Assembly (NCBI RefSeq): GCF_004010195.1
Contig: NC_057720.1
Coordinates: 36,065,321 to 36,129,320 of the forward strand
Length of the DNA: 64,000 bases
Reading direction: 5' to 3'
Source: Chiloscyllium plagiosum
Taxonomy: Eukaryota
Shown piece by piece: positions 1 to 11,699 of this stretch; position 1 is the first letter of the stretch, and each line of letters opens with the position of its first letter. The notes beneath the pieces were generated by a model. That model was not told the DNA's origin. It ran no database searches and was given only the letters and a program-made list of their open reading frames with translations. The position numbers and the translations under genes are program-made.

Positions 1-710
1 GATCTGATCAGATTCGCATCCAACAGCATTTATGGCAGATATAATCCGCAGTAAACCTTAAACTCTCTTTAAATTCCCACATCTGACAAGAAGTACATAT
101 CACTGCAAAGGCCATTTTTGCTCCTTCACAATCTACAGACCCAGAAAATAACACCGTCTTATTCCTCTACAAACACTGCCCCAGGTTAAATTAATAGCTA
201 TGGCTTATATTTTAAGTTTAATCAAGAGACTATCTCCAAAAACACACAATCAAGAAAGAATCCACTATACTCACTACTGCAGCCTTTCTCTTGGACAGAT
301 TTAAAACAACAAATAACTTATCTGATTTTGTGCTGTGAACTTCGCCCAACAGTTCCTCCAAGATTAGTTGTGAATTTCACTGTTTGTTGATTTTCCCAGA
401 TGCACTCCGATGTTCAGCGATACACGAAATGAAACAGCAAAGGCGGAAACTGTGCAGGTTCTCTCTCTCTCTGCTGCACTGTCCTCACCATGTGCTTCCT
501 TTGTCTGCTCTTCTCCCTTTTAAAACTGCTGTTGTTTTGACTGTTTTTTTCCAAAGTTCCAAAACAATGCAACAGCATATAAAACAGTAATTGCTGCTCC
601 TGGAATTCGAGGAAATCACCTCCAACACCTAAAATACCTAAAAAAAAAAAAGGAGCAGCTCTTACAGCCAGAAACTTTTCCCATCCTCTATCTTGGATTA
701 CCCAGAATCC
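1..710 (-). mobile_element. CR1 LINE 5' end (5'UTR plus start of ORF1), continuing out of the window
   Basis: Minus strand from ATG at 115 reads MAFAVICTSCQMWEFKESLRFTADYICHKCCWMRI*, a CxxC...CxxC zinc-finger typical of CR1 ORF1. About 600 bp of 5'UTR lies upstream, starting GGATTCTGGGTAATCCAAGATAGAGG. Confidence 0.75.
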
Positions 711-1524
711 AGTCTCAATGATGAAGTGCATTATTAACTCCAAATTCTCTTGTAGGTTTTTTGTATTCTCTTTGGTCAATATTTTCTCGAAAAAAATTGA
801 AACATCATTTACAAAGTTTTGACAATGCTGTGTGCTCCATGTTACAGTGATCTAAAGCTAAAATAAATTTTGATAATGTGAAATGTCGCTTAGCAAACAT
901 GACTTAATTACTTCCTAGATTCTTCACTATGGGTGTGAACATATTATCAACTATGTATCTTCGTATGATTTTAAATTAGTAGTTTTCTGTTTAGGTTCAA
1001 GTGAAGGTTGCAAGCTAGCCATTGTGATGTCATCTGAATCTTTCACTAACATGGCTGCATCAGCCAGTTTTGACTCTGGTATTCCTTACTTGTTTAATTG
1101 CTTGCTACTGAGGAGTGCTGTGACTTGTATCTATTTTACAGGAGAATACAAGGAGGATGTAAACTAGATCTCTAGTTGCAGGGCAGTTAAAGAGAAAGAT
1201 GAAAAAGGGTTGTCCATGAATGGCACAGTAATTATTGAAAATGGTTAGATTGGATAGAACCACTGAACAAGCAATGAGCTTCAAGCCAAAGTTGAACAGA
1301 AGTTGAGCTAAAAATGGTTTGTGCACATCACATCTCATATTACTCAAGGCTTTGACAGGATTGCAGAGAAACTGATTACTTTGTGTCCCAGATTTTATTG
1401 GTGAACAAATGGTGCAATTATCAGTGTTTGCCATCATTTTCTTCAATTTTGACAGCATCTTCTGGTGCCTATGTTTGCACAATTAAAGGTGGAATGTGCT
1501 GTTAGTGACAACAAAAGCAAAGAC

Positions 1525-1770
1525 GTGAGAAGATTTCATTTTCACAGAAAATTAAGATGTATCGCATTGCCTAAAAGGATGATGAAAGAAGATTCAGTTG
1601 TAATTTTTAAAAGGAAATTGCTGAATAATTGAACACAAAAAATTATTGAGCTATGAGGAAAGATCAGGAAACACAGGCTAATTAGATAATTCTTTCTAAG
1701 AAGTCATATATGTATAATGGGCCAAATGGCTTCCTTGATTACTCTGTCTACTCTATGCTTCCATGTGACT
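1525..1770 (+). mobile_element. degenerate CR1 3' end
   Basis: Decayed match to the ORF2 end and 3'UTR (ttttcacaga...aatgggccaaatggcttcctt...ctatg) of younger CR1 copies in the window. Confidence 0.55.
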
Positions 1771-1934
1771 CTTGCACAGAGTGCAATGTTAAAATCCTTA
1801 CAGAGACAAGTGAAATTGAAATCACTAAATATGCACTAACTTCCAAATTTGACATCAATATTCTCACTCTAAAGATCCTTGCAAAATTTGCACCTTATTG
1901 AATGATGTTCAACTAAAATTTTAAAGGTTTCACA

Positions 1935-2710
1935 TTAGTGTCAGGTCAATGATCAATGATCATTTCAAACAAGCCAGAATCCAGTCTTCATCTCTTGATA
2001 TTCATTGGCATTACTGTCACTGAATCTCCCACAATCAGCAACCTGGAGGTTACTTTTGACAAGATCTGAACTGGACCAGCCACGTAAATATTGTGGTTAC
2101 AAATGTGATCAGAGACTAGAAATTCTGCAGTGAGTAACTCACCTCCAAACTCCTCAAAGTCTGTCCACTATCTAAAAGGCACAAATCAAGAGTGTGATGA
2201 AATGCTCTCAACTTGTCTGAATGGGTACAGCTCCAAAAACACTCCAGAAGCTTGACACCAATCAGAAGAAAAACCGCAATGATTCTCCAGTCTGCTTGAT
2301 TGGATTGCCATCTAATGCCTTCAGCATTCACTCCCTCACCCCTGACACATAATGGCAGTAGCATGTACATCATTTTTCAGCAACTTGCCAAGTCTCATCT
2401 GATCTTCCAAACCTTACATCCTTTCCCACCTATAAGAACAAAAGCAGCAGATGCATCGAAACAAGTTGGCCTCCAAATCACATAATATCCTAATTTGGAA
2501 CTAAATTGCTGTTCGTTCAGTTGCTCCCTAACCACTCAACAGTGAGTATATCTTCACCATATGGACTGCAGACATTCAAGGAGGAATATTGCCTGCTGTT
2601 TCTCAAAGGAATTTGGGATGGGCAATAAATGTTGGCTACTCTGCTGCCACTGTGAAATTCCCAGGCTTTTGCCTTCCCTCACACCCACATCCCGGGAATA
2701 AATAAAATAA
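1935..2710 (+). mobile_element. old LINE 3' fragment (CR1/L2-group, here 'family B')
   Basis: Decayed C-terminal ORF2 (ctgaactggaccagccac...aaggcacaaatcaagagtgtgatgaaat), then a 3' tail ggatgggcaataaatgttggc...cacacccacatcccgggaataaataaaa. Confidence 0.7.
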
Positions 2711-2868
2711 TTCATTGTTACTGTTCAACAGCCCTTCTGGCTTTGAGAAAATAACTTTATATTGGTGATATATAAAATGTCATAATTCCATGAATAATTC
2801 ATTAGATTTCAAAAATAATTTTGTATGACATTTTAGCTTCTCTTTTAGTCCTAAGTGTGTGACTCATT

Positions 2869-3410
2869 TAGAGTCGTAGAGTCATAGAGATGTACAAAAA
2901 GGAAACAGACCCTTCGGTCCAACTCGTCCATACTGACCAAATATCCTAAATTAATCTAATCCCATTTGCCAGCACTTGGCCCATGTCCAAAACCCTTCCT
3001 ATTTTTATACCCATCCAGATGCCTTTTAAATGCTATAATTGTACCAGTCTCCACCACTTCCTCTGACTTCTCATTCCATGCATGCACCATCCTCCACGTG
3101 AAAAAGTTGCCCCTTAGGTCCCTTTTATGTCTTTCCCCTTTCACCCTAAACCTATACCCTCTAGTTCTGGACTTCCCCATCCCAAGGAAAAGACCTTGTC
3201 TACTTACCCTATCCATGCCTCATGATTTTATAAACCTCTATATGGTTACCCCTCAGCCTCCGATACTCCAGGGAAAACAGCCCCAGCCTATTCAGCCTCT
3301 CTCGATAGCTCAAATCCTCCAACTCTGGCAATATCCTTGTAAATCTTTTCAGTACTCTTTCAAGTTTCACAACATCCTTCTGATAGGAAGGATACCAGAA
3401 TTGCACACAA
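2869..3410 (-). mobile_element. CR1 LINE 3' fragment
   Basis: ORFs 3209-3448 and 2956-3216 read CVQFWYPSYQKDVVKLERV...RLRGNHIEVYKIM and RTRGYRFRV...RGNFFT, the CR1 ORF2 C-terminus. A microsatellite-like tail is at the left end. Confidence 0.92.
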
Positions 3411-3811
3411 AAATTATTTTTAAAAAATGCATGATAAAATTTACTCATTATCTGCTGTTTTGCTGTTGGTGAGAATTCTCAATATGATTGGCTGCCCAGT
3501 CTGCTTTATGATGCCACTGTTTTTGAAAGCCAGAGGTTCTCCATAGCTGGTTCCAGAATTAATGTAACATCAGGAAAGCTGAAATTCCACTAAATAGTTG
3601 CAGAAAGTTTTCTTTAAAGTCAGCAGTGAGTGTTATTGTTTCACTGATGACCCCAAAACTAGCTAACGTAGTCACCATAAATTTGCAGTGAGAAGCTTAA
3701 AGGTAATACGAAAGGATAATCACTTCTGCATGTTGTTTCATACACATGCTCATCAAGTGACAGATTCAGTATCTGCCATTTATATGCTTTTACTTCAGAA
3801 ATTGCTGTTAC

Positions 3812-3895
3812 TTTTTCATGGGGTGTGGGTGTCATTGGCGAGGTTAGCATTTTTGGTGCATTCCTTGAGAAAATAGTGGTGAATTACTGCAGACC
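3812..3895 (-). mobile_element. family-B LINE 3' tail remnant
   Basis: catggggtgtgggtgtcattggcgaggttagcatttt is the reverse complement of the tail at about 2620-2700. Confidence 0.5.
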
Positions 3896-4609
3896 ATGAT
3901 GCTAGGTTCACCAACATTAATACATATGAGGATTTTGGTGTCCATTCACTACAATTCGCAACACCATAGACGAATTACTCTCGTTGTACTACAGTGCAAA
4001 ATATTCTTACATCATTTTGGTTTCTTTCTATTCACTGGTAAATCCATTGTACAAAAATCCTTTTCTACTTAATTAAAAACAAATGTTTTAATTTACTTGA
4101 AATTAAGTAGTAATGGTGGTAAGGGCAGTTATACTTTAAAGTTTTGAATAGAATCCTTGAGGTATAAGGGTGAAACCAGAGTCCCAACAGTGTAGTCCTG
4201 TTTCTTCTTCAGTTGAGAAACTTGCAGATAGCCTTAATTTCTTGGTAAATAGTGTTTTTTTCACTGGGCACTGAATTTTGAAATTGTCAGAAAGGCAGGT
4301 AAGAGAGAGAATCTTTCGGTTCTTGGTTTCTAATTCTTTCTCCCTTGTCTCCACTTTGCTGCCCAGAAGCAGCTGTCGATACAGGTACATATTCTTAAAG
4401 CTCCTCATTGTCTTTCCAAACTAAATACTGTACATACGGATTTTCATGTCAGAGGTATGAGAGATAGGTATCTGAGTGCCTTTTTTATGATAATATTAAT
4501 TTCAACTCAGACTACTCATTATTTACTAAAGGTTTTATGACCTTGGCTCAACCTGGTCAAATGATCGCAGCAGCTACTTTAGGTCATTAATTGTCCTTTT
4601 TAAAACAAT

Positions 4610-4720
4610 TATTTAGTCAATCTCTTTAGCTTCGTTATTACAGACCTCCGGAGCATGTGGGGAAATCTGGGCCTCCTGACTCGAAAGTAGGGACATATTC
4701 ATTGTGCACAAAATCCCTCA
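4610..4720 (-). mobile_element. short (about 120 bp) tRNA-derived SINE, degenerate
   Basis: Similar to the copies at 15847-15952 and 30423-30533 (acctccggagcatgtgggg...gtagggac). Confidence 0.5.
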
Positions 4721-7239
4721 TCTTTTAGTCAATAAAATTCTAATGTGTTAGAATCAGATGATAGAGTTGATACCATTTTTACTACAGTCACAATGCCATT
4801 AATCGGCCATTTAAGTGCCTGACTAAGCCCTAAAGCAGGTAGGTCACCTGACACCTCCCTCAATCCAGATTTCAGATAGGGAAGGAGTGGATGGGTAGGC
4901 AGCAGGAATGTTCTTTGATGTTTTTTTACATGCCCTCTCCATTGGCAGAATGCCTAAAATTTATACAGTTACTTTTCTTGTCCTCTTACTTTTTTCAAAA
5001 CATGTATATTTAATTTTCATGTTACTAATTTGGAGTTAATTCAACTCTCGGTATACTGGCTTTATGGCCAGCTAATATGCTGTCAATGCAACATAGACAT
5101 GTGCCACAAAGGCATAAAGTGATGGCCTTCCTTGTAGCATTCCCTCTATTACTCTGAAGACAGATTTGTGTGTGCATGTAACTAACTACTGGCCTGTTCC
5201 CACAAATGTCTCAGATCTATGCATATCTGTAGCTACATTTGTGATTCTGAGTAATTTTGTCACATTTTCAGAATATTTCCTTAATAAAAGAGGGACAGTT
5301 CATTTCTGTCTGACATGATATTGCTTGTGGTGACCTTAATGTTGAGCTCTCTACACTTATATTGCAGGTTGGATAACTGATTACTTACAATAGTAGAATA
5401 GACATGTATTTAAATACAATAGTAGAATAGACAAGATTTAATAACATTTTGATCATTTCAACAATACATTTACATTGAATTTTGCAATAAATCTTCAAAT
5501 GTTTTTAGTGGTGAAAGCAGTAAAATAAATACACGTGCAAGCATTGGTGTCTCTTCCATTTCAGAAATAAATAATTGTATTTAAGTGATTTGGAATTTTC
5601 TGTTGGGCTTAACAAGATGCTATATATGCAACTATCTTTCTTTCATTGTTCTTTATTCTTGATTCTAGTTACAGTTGCAAGGAAGCATCAACTGGAGGTC
5701 TAGTACTTTCAAATCAGGAGGAAGAAACAACAAAGATATGAATTACAGACTATTTGTGCCTCTTTTCTAGATACAAACCTCACAGTGCTCACAATGGTAC
5801 TCCTAGAAACCTAGCAGATTGTTCACAATTGGCCAGAAAGTGCTATATGCCACACAAAGAAAGCTTAGACCAGAAGAGGAGAGAATGTGAAATAATTTGC
5901 AGTATTTCTGTTTCTTGCTCAACTTATGCCAATCAGTTATCATATCACTTTGCTGTTGGCTATCGTACAAAGTCAAACTATTAATAAGAACAATTTCAAT
6001 TCACAGCAACATTTTCATGGAAAGTTCCATCTGCCTTTAAAAAGAAACTGACTATCCCTAGACCTTGCAAGCCCAAACATATTATATTTTGGCATACACC
6101 AATGAAGCAATAGCATTCTAATTTCAGTTGCCAAGGCATTTGCGAGTTACAGCAGTTCTAGTTTGCTGTAGAAAATTAATTCAGAGTGATGCCAAATTAA
6201 GTACATCCAGACTGCTTGGATTGCTGCAGTTAAACCAAAATGAACACTTGATTTGGTGTCACTCCCAATTAAAGACCTCTGTCTGAACACAGCTATTGTA
6301 ATACAATCTGTCACCGGTCTGTTGGTGCTCCTTGGCCATGTTTATACTTAACTGTTACAAAAATGCAGCTATAAGTTGATTAATATTTTTTGCACACCAG
6401 GAATAGGAATATTTGTGTCTTGGATTATACTGTGGTATAACGATGCAGGATTTAATTTGTGTTGCATTTCTATTTTAAAGGAAATGTTAGCTAATATTGT
6501 TGTTTTAGACAATAAATCATGGTGACTGGATGGGTGAAATTTTAGTTCAATGACAGCATAGTTATTGAAAGTATCGCCATCAGATCTCTTACATTAGAAA
6601 CAGTGGATCATACATTTACATAATGAAAAAAACATTATTGCTTCATGAAGTTGGAATGGTTATGTCATAAACATTAGTCCTTTTCAGAGGACGTAATTTC
6701 AATAAGTTTCAACGTTGTAATATTTTGATTATGCTTTTTTTACAGTTATTTTCTTTCTTCCTCCCACTTCTGCAACAAAATGAGTTTTCTCATGACTTGT
6801 CTCTTGCAGCCTTCATGTCATATTGCTTTTAAAAAAAAAAGACGTGCTGTTGAAAGTTTGTAACCTGTATTCATCAGGACAGGTATAGAAATACCAAATT
6901 TTCAAGGATATAGTAATTTATACTTCATGTGAAGAAGGTTTCTTACAAATGTTATAAAGTGAGTAAGAGTGCAATAGGAGATCAAAAGCCAGGAAGCATG
7001 TTGGAGTCTGGATGGTGGAGAGGGAATGGTGATGTGGAGGAGAATGTATATCTTTCTGCAGATAAATTTAGATCAGATTTTGAGTACAACAACAATTTAA
7101 CTTTGAAGTCAACCATTTATCCCGTGTATGTTTTAATGACGGAAAGTGTCAATAATAGTGGCTTACATATGTAGGATAGATTTTAATTTCTAACACTTAG
7201 ATTGAATGATGAAGATACACATAAACAAAAAAGGCACAT

Positions 7240-7522
7240 AATCAATTTATTTTCTTGTTCTAGTATAATTGGTCAACCACATTCATGTGGATCTGGTGTC
7301 CTACATAGACCAAGCTTTGTAAATATGACAGATTTCCTTTCCAAAAAGATATTAATGAACCAAAGTGGCTGTTTAAAATATGCAATGATAGTTTTATGGT
7401 CACCATTACTAAATCCAGATTTCTATTCCAGAGTTAAGTTTAAATTCAACTAACTACTAATGTGGTATTTGTGACATTGACCCTAGATTACTAGTCCCGT
7501 AACATTACCATTACGTGACCTA
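7240..7522 (-). mobile_element. tRNA-derived SINE (same family as 45716-46050), degenerate
   Basis: Reverse-complement similarity to 45716-46050 (ctagattactagtcccgtaacattaccat head; gatttcctttcc...aatgaacca body). Confidence 0.6.
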
Positions 7523-7597
7523 TTTCCCGAACTGCAAATTATTGCTTCATGAACTTGGAATGATTATGTCGTAAACTCTAGCCCTTTTGTGAGACCT

Positions 7598-8113
7598 TAA
7601 GACCATAATATGATAAGACATAGGAGCAGAAGACCATTCAGCCCATCAAGTCTACCCTGTTATTCAATAAGACTTTGGCTGATCTGATAAGCATCAACTC
7701 CACTTTTTTGCCTATTCCCCATAACCCTTAATTCTCTTATGTTAAACATCTGTCTGTCTCAGCCTTGAAAATACTTAATGTTCCAGCCTCAACAACCCTC
7801 TGTGGTAAAGAATTCCACAGGTTCAATACATTCTGAGAGAAAACATTCTCCTTGACACTGTCTTAAATATGCAACCCCTTATTCTGAGAGTGTGCCCTCT
7901 GATCCTCGACTCTTCCTCAATGGGAGGCAACCTTTCTGCATCTACCCTGTCAAGTATTCTAAGAATCTCACATATTTCAATAAGGTTGTCTCTCATTCTT
8001 CTATATTCCAACAAGTACATGCCCAAACAACTCAAACTGTCCTCATAAAACAGTGCTTCTGTACCTGGTATCAGCCTAGTAAACCTTCAATGAACTGTCT
8101 CCTGTGCCAGTAG
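7598..8113 (-). mobile_element. CR1 LINE 3' fragment
   Basis: ORF 7823-8035 reads EYRRMRDNLIEICEILRILDRVDAERL...RIRGHTLRI. A (taaga-cca) tail is at the left end. Confidence 0.9.
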
Positions 8114-8189
8114 CGTCTTATTCTTATGTTTACTTGTTGACATATGTTTTGCTGCTTTATTTTACAGCTATTTTCTTTTCAGCCCCTCA

Positions 8190-8381
8190 CCTAGCAGCCA
8201 CAGTATTTACATAGCTGGCATCTGCTGAATTGTAACCCTTAGGATTTCGATAGTTGGTGATTCAGTGATGCTAATGCCATTAAACATCATAGGAATATGA
8301 TTAGATTCACTTGTCAGAGATGGTCATTGCCTGGCATTTGTGGGGTATTGATGTTATTTGCCACTTAGCAGTCTATTTGAA
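8190..8381 (-). mobile_element. family-B LINE, left piece of a copy split by a Penelope insertion
   Basis: gagatggtcattgcctggcatttgtgggg...ttgccactt is antisense to sequence at about 1940-2100. The element resumes at about 11700. Confidence 0.65.
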
Positions 8382-9021
8382 TTGACGTGGAGGTGCCGGT
8401 GTTGGACTGGGGTGGGCAATGTCAGAAATCACATGACACCAGATTGTAGTTGGACAGGTTTATTTGAAATCACAAGTTTTTTGATCGCTGCTCCTTTGTC
8501 AGGTGGAGTGAAGAGAAGCACACAGGCATGTAATTTATAGCCAGAAACATCAACAAATCATACAAATGGTGTGAGTGGAATGTTGAGAGGCTGAATAATA
8601 AATCTCTGCAGGTGATCAAAAGTGTCAGACTGTGTGAGTAAAGTGTCAACAGCTGAATAACCAGTGGAGGGATGATTTATAATCTGATTAATTGAGACAG
8701 AGATAATTACAAAAACTTAAAAGTAAGATGCTGCTGGAAACAAACCAAATGGCTGGAATAACATGATTATTATAAGAGAAGCATGCTGAGGGTCAAATGA
8801 AAGTAACAAGTAATCCAAAACTGTACAAACTAATTTAGGGAGAGAAAGCATAACATGTTATTAGGGTGATAGTGTCAAAACAGTAAGAAAGATTTTGCAA
8901 ATACAGAATAGTGTGGTGGGGTTACATTTAGCATGACATGAACACAAGATCTCGGTTGAGGTCATCTTCACGGATATGGAGCTTGGCTATCAACTTCTGC
9001 TTGGCAATTCTGCATTGTTGT
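8382..9021 (-). mobile_element. Penelope-like element, 3' part (ORF C-terminus, 3'UTR/pLTR and tail)
   Basis: 8930-9020 minus reads QQCRIAKQKLIAKLHIREDDLNRDLVFMSC, the end of a GIY-YIG domain. A decayed hammerhead is at about 8470-8506. The terminal tail is ...cccagtccaacaccggcacctccacgtcaa. Confidence 0.85.
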
Positions 9022-11108
9022 TAATACAACATCAAACAGTACAGCAAAGTACAAGCCCTTCAGCCCTCCATGTTGTGCTGAGCAATTAAATTAATCTAAG
9101 GTCAACATAACCTACACAGCCCTCAATTTACTGCTGTTCATGTGCTTGCCCAGCAGTCGCTTAAATGTCCTAATGTTTCTGACTCTACTACCGCCACGAT
9201 CAGTGCATTCTACGCACCCACCACTCTTTGCGTAAAGAACCTACCTCTGACATCTCCACTATATCTTCCTCCAATCAGCTTAAAATTTTGACCGCTCATG
9301 ACAGCCATTTTTGCCCTGGGGAAATGTCTCTGGTTATCTACTCAATCCATACCTCTCATTACCATGTATGCCTCTATCAAGTCATCTCTCTTCCTTCTTT
9401 GCAGTGTGAAAAACCCAAGCTCACTCAACCTCTCTTCATAAGATATGTCCTCCAATCAAGGCAGCATCCTGGTCAATCTCCTGTGCACCCTCTCTAAAGC
9501 TTCCACATCCTTCCTATAATGAGGTAACCAAAACTGGATGCAATATTCCAAGTATGGTCTAACCAGGGTGTTATAGAGCTGCAGCATAACCTCACAGCTC
9601 TTAAACTCAATCCCCCTGTTAATGAAAGCCAAAACACTATGTGCCTTCTTAACAACCCTATCAACTTGGGTTTGAGGATCTATGTACATGGACCCCATGA
9701 GCTTGCTGTTCCTCCACACTGTCAAGAATCCTGTCTTTAACCTGGTACTCAGCATTCAAATTCAACCTTCCAAAATGAATCACTTTGCATTTATCTAGGC
9801 TGAACTCCATTTGTCACTTCTCAGCCCAAAACTGCATCCTGTTAATGTCTTGTTGTAAACTGCAACAGCCCTTGACACTATCTACAACACCACTGACTTT
9901 TGTGTCATTGGCAAACTTACTAACCCACCCTCCTGCTTCTTCATCTAAGCTTTTTATAAAAACTATAAAGAATAGAGGCCCAAGAACAGATTCCTGCAGG
10001 ACACCACTGGTTTCCAACCATTAGGTGGAATATTTTCTGTCCACTACCACTCGCTGTCTCTATTGGCCAGCCAATTCTGTATCCAGACAGCCAAGTTCCC
10101 TGTATCCTATGCCTCCTAACTTTCTGAATGAGCCTATTGTGGGGAACCTCATCAAATGCCTCACTGAAGTCCATATACACCACATCCACTGCTTGACCTT
10201 CAGCAACCTGTCTCGTCCCAACCTCAAAGAACTCAGTAAGGCTTGTGAGGCCTGACCTGACCTGACACTCTCAAAGCCATGCTGACTATCTTTAATTAAA
10301 CTATGTTTTTCCAAATAGTCATAAATCCTATCTCTCAGAATCCTTTCTAGTACCTTGCTTACCATAGATGTAAGATTGACTGCCTGATCTGTAATTCCTT
10401 GGGATTTCCCAATTTCCTTTTTTGAACAGAGGAACAACGTTCACTTCCCTCCAATCAGCTGGTACTACTCCCTTGAAGAGTGAGGAAGCAAAGCTCATCG
10501 CCAAAGGCACAGCAATCTCATTCCTCCTTCCCGTAGTAACCTTGGATATATCTGGTCCGGCCCTGGGGACTTATTTATCTTGATGCTTCCCAGAATTTCC
10601 AGCACATCCACTTCCTTAATATCAATCTGTTCAAGCCTATTAACCTGGTCCGTGATGTTTTTACTATCAATAAGGACCTGCTTTCTCATGAATACTGAAG
10701 CAAAAATCTCATGTAGGGCCTCCCCTACCTCTTCAGACTCCAGGCACAAGTTCCCTCCACTATCCCTGATTGGACCTACCCTCTCTCTAATCATTCTCTT
10801 ATGCCTCATGTTGGTATAGAACACCTTTGGGTTTTCCCTAATCCTTCCCGCCAAGGCTTTCTCGTGCCCCCATCTAGCTTTCCTAAGTCCATCTTTGAGT
10901 TCTTTCCTAGCTACCCTGTAATCCTCTAAAGCTGTGCCAGATCCTTGCTTCCTCAACCTTAAGTAAACTTCCTTCTTCCTTTTGACGAGATGATGCTCTG
11001 CTCTTGTCATCCAAGGCTCATTCACCTTACCATTTCTTTCCTGTCTCAATGGGACAAAGTTACCCAACACTCGCAACAAGTGCTCCTTAAACAGCCTCCA
11101 CATTTCTG
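9022..11108 (-). mobile_element. CR1 LINE, 2.1 kb, 5'-truncated, inserted into the Penelope GIY-YIG domain
   Basis: Frameshifted RT ORFs: KSPGPDQIYPRLL, DVVYMDFSEAFDEVPH, SGVLQESVLGPLFFIVFIKSL...SKFANDTK, LVRPYLEYCIQFW. Confidence 0.95.
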
Positions 11109-11682
11109 TTGTGCTTGAGGTTGCCTTGGAGGGCATTTACCCGAAGTTCGGAGGCTGAATGTTCTTGATCACTGAAGTATTCCCGACTGGGAGGGGACAT
11201 TCCTGTCTGGTGATTGTTCCGCAGTGTCCATTCATCCATTGCTGTAGCATCTGCATAGTCTCACCAATATACCATGCTTCGGGGCATCCTTGCCTGTAGT
11301 GTATGAGGTAGACAACATTGGCTGTGTCGCATAAATAACACTATGTACGTGGTAGGTGGTGTTCCCACATATGATGATCTGTCACGTCTTGCACAGATTG
11401 CCATGATAGATGTTGGTGATCGATGTCCTGAAGACTGCGTAGTTTGCTGTGAACGATGGTCAGATTAAGGTTTGGTGGTTGTTTGAAGGCAAGAAGTGGA
11501 GGCGTAGGGATGATGTTGCCAAGATATTCATAGTCATTGATGACATCTTGAAGGCCGAGAAGAACAGATAAATTATGTGCCTTTGTGCGTCTCTTCACTC
11601 CACCTGATGAAGGAGTAGTGCTTCGAAAGCTTGTGATTTGAAATAAATCTGTTGGATCACAACCTGATGTTGTGTGACTTCT
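11109..11682 (-). mobile_element. Penelope-like element: GIY-YIG coding part plus inverted pLTR (11568-11682)
   Basis: Minus strand reads PPLLAFKQPPNL...CDTANVVYLIHYRQGCPEAWYIGETMQMLQQWMNG. 11568-11682 is an inverted copy of 8424-8538. Confidence 0.9.
11601..11635 (+). ncRNA. minimal type I hammerhead ribozyme motif in a PLE pLTR
   Basis: CAC-CUGAUGA-A-GGAG(uagug)CUUC-GAAA-GC-UU-GUG: full core, stem I CAC/GUG, 4-bp stem II, palindromic AAGCUU stem III. Confidence 0.8.
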
Positions 11683-11699
11683 GTACTTGAATTGAATTG

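Noticed and set aside
1105..1482. 125-aa minus-strand ORF and coding-looking plus strand
   Set aside because: Non-ATG start, no recognisable domain and no consistent splice pair; possibly an old transposon remnant.
2966..3472. 168-aa ORF and similar plus-strand ORFs over minus-strand CR1 copies
   Set aside because: Antisense frames of CR1 ORF2.
4136..4408. 90-aa minus-strand ORF
   Set aside because: No recognisable homology; the length is within chance expectation.
5386..5433. 19-bp direct repeat (tacaatagtagaatagaca) with a 10-bp spacer
   Set aside because: Only two units; a simple local duplication, not an array or CRISPR.
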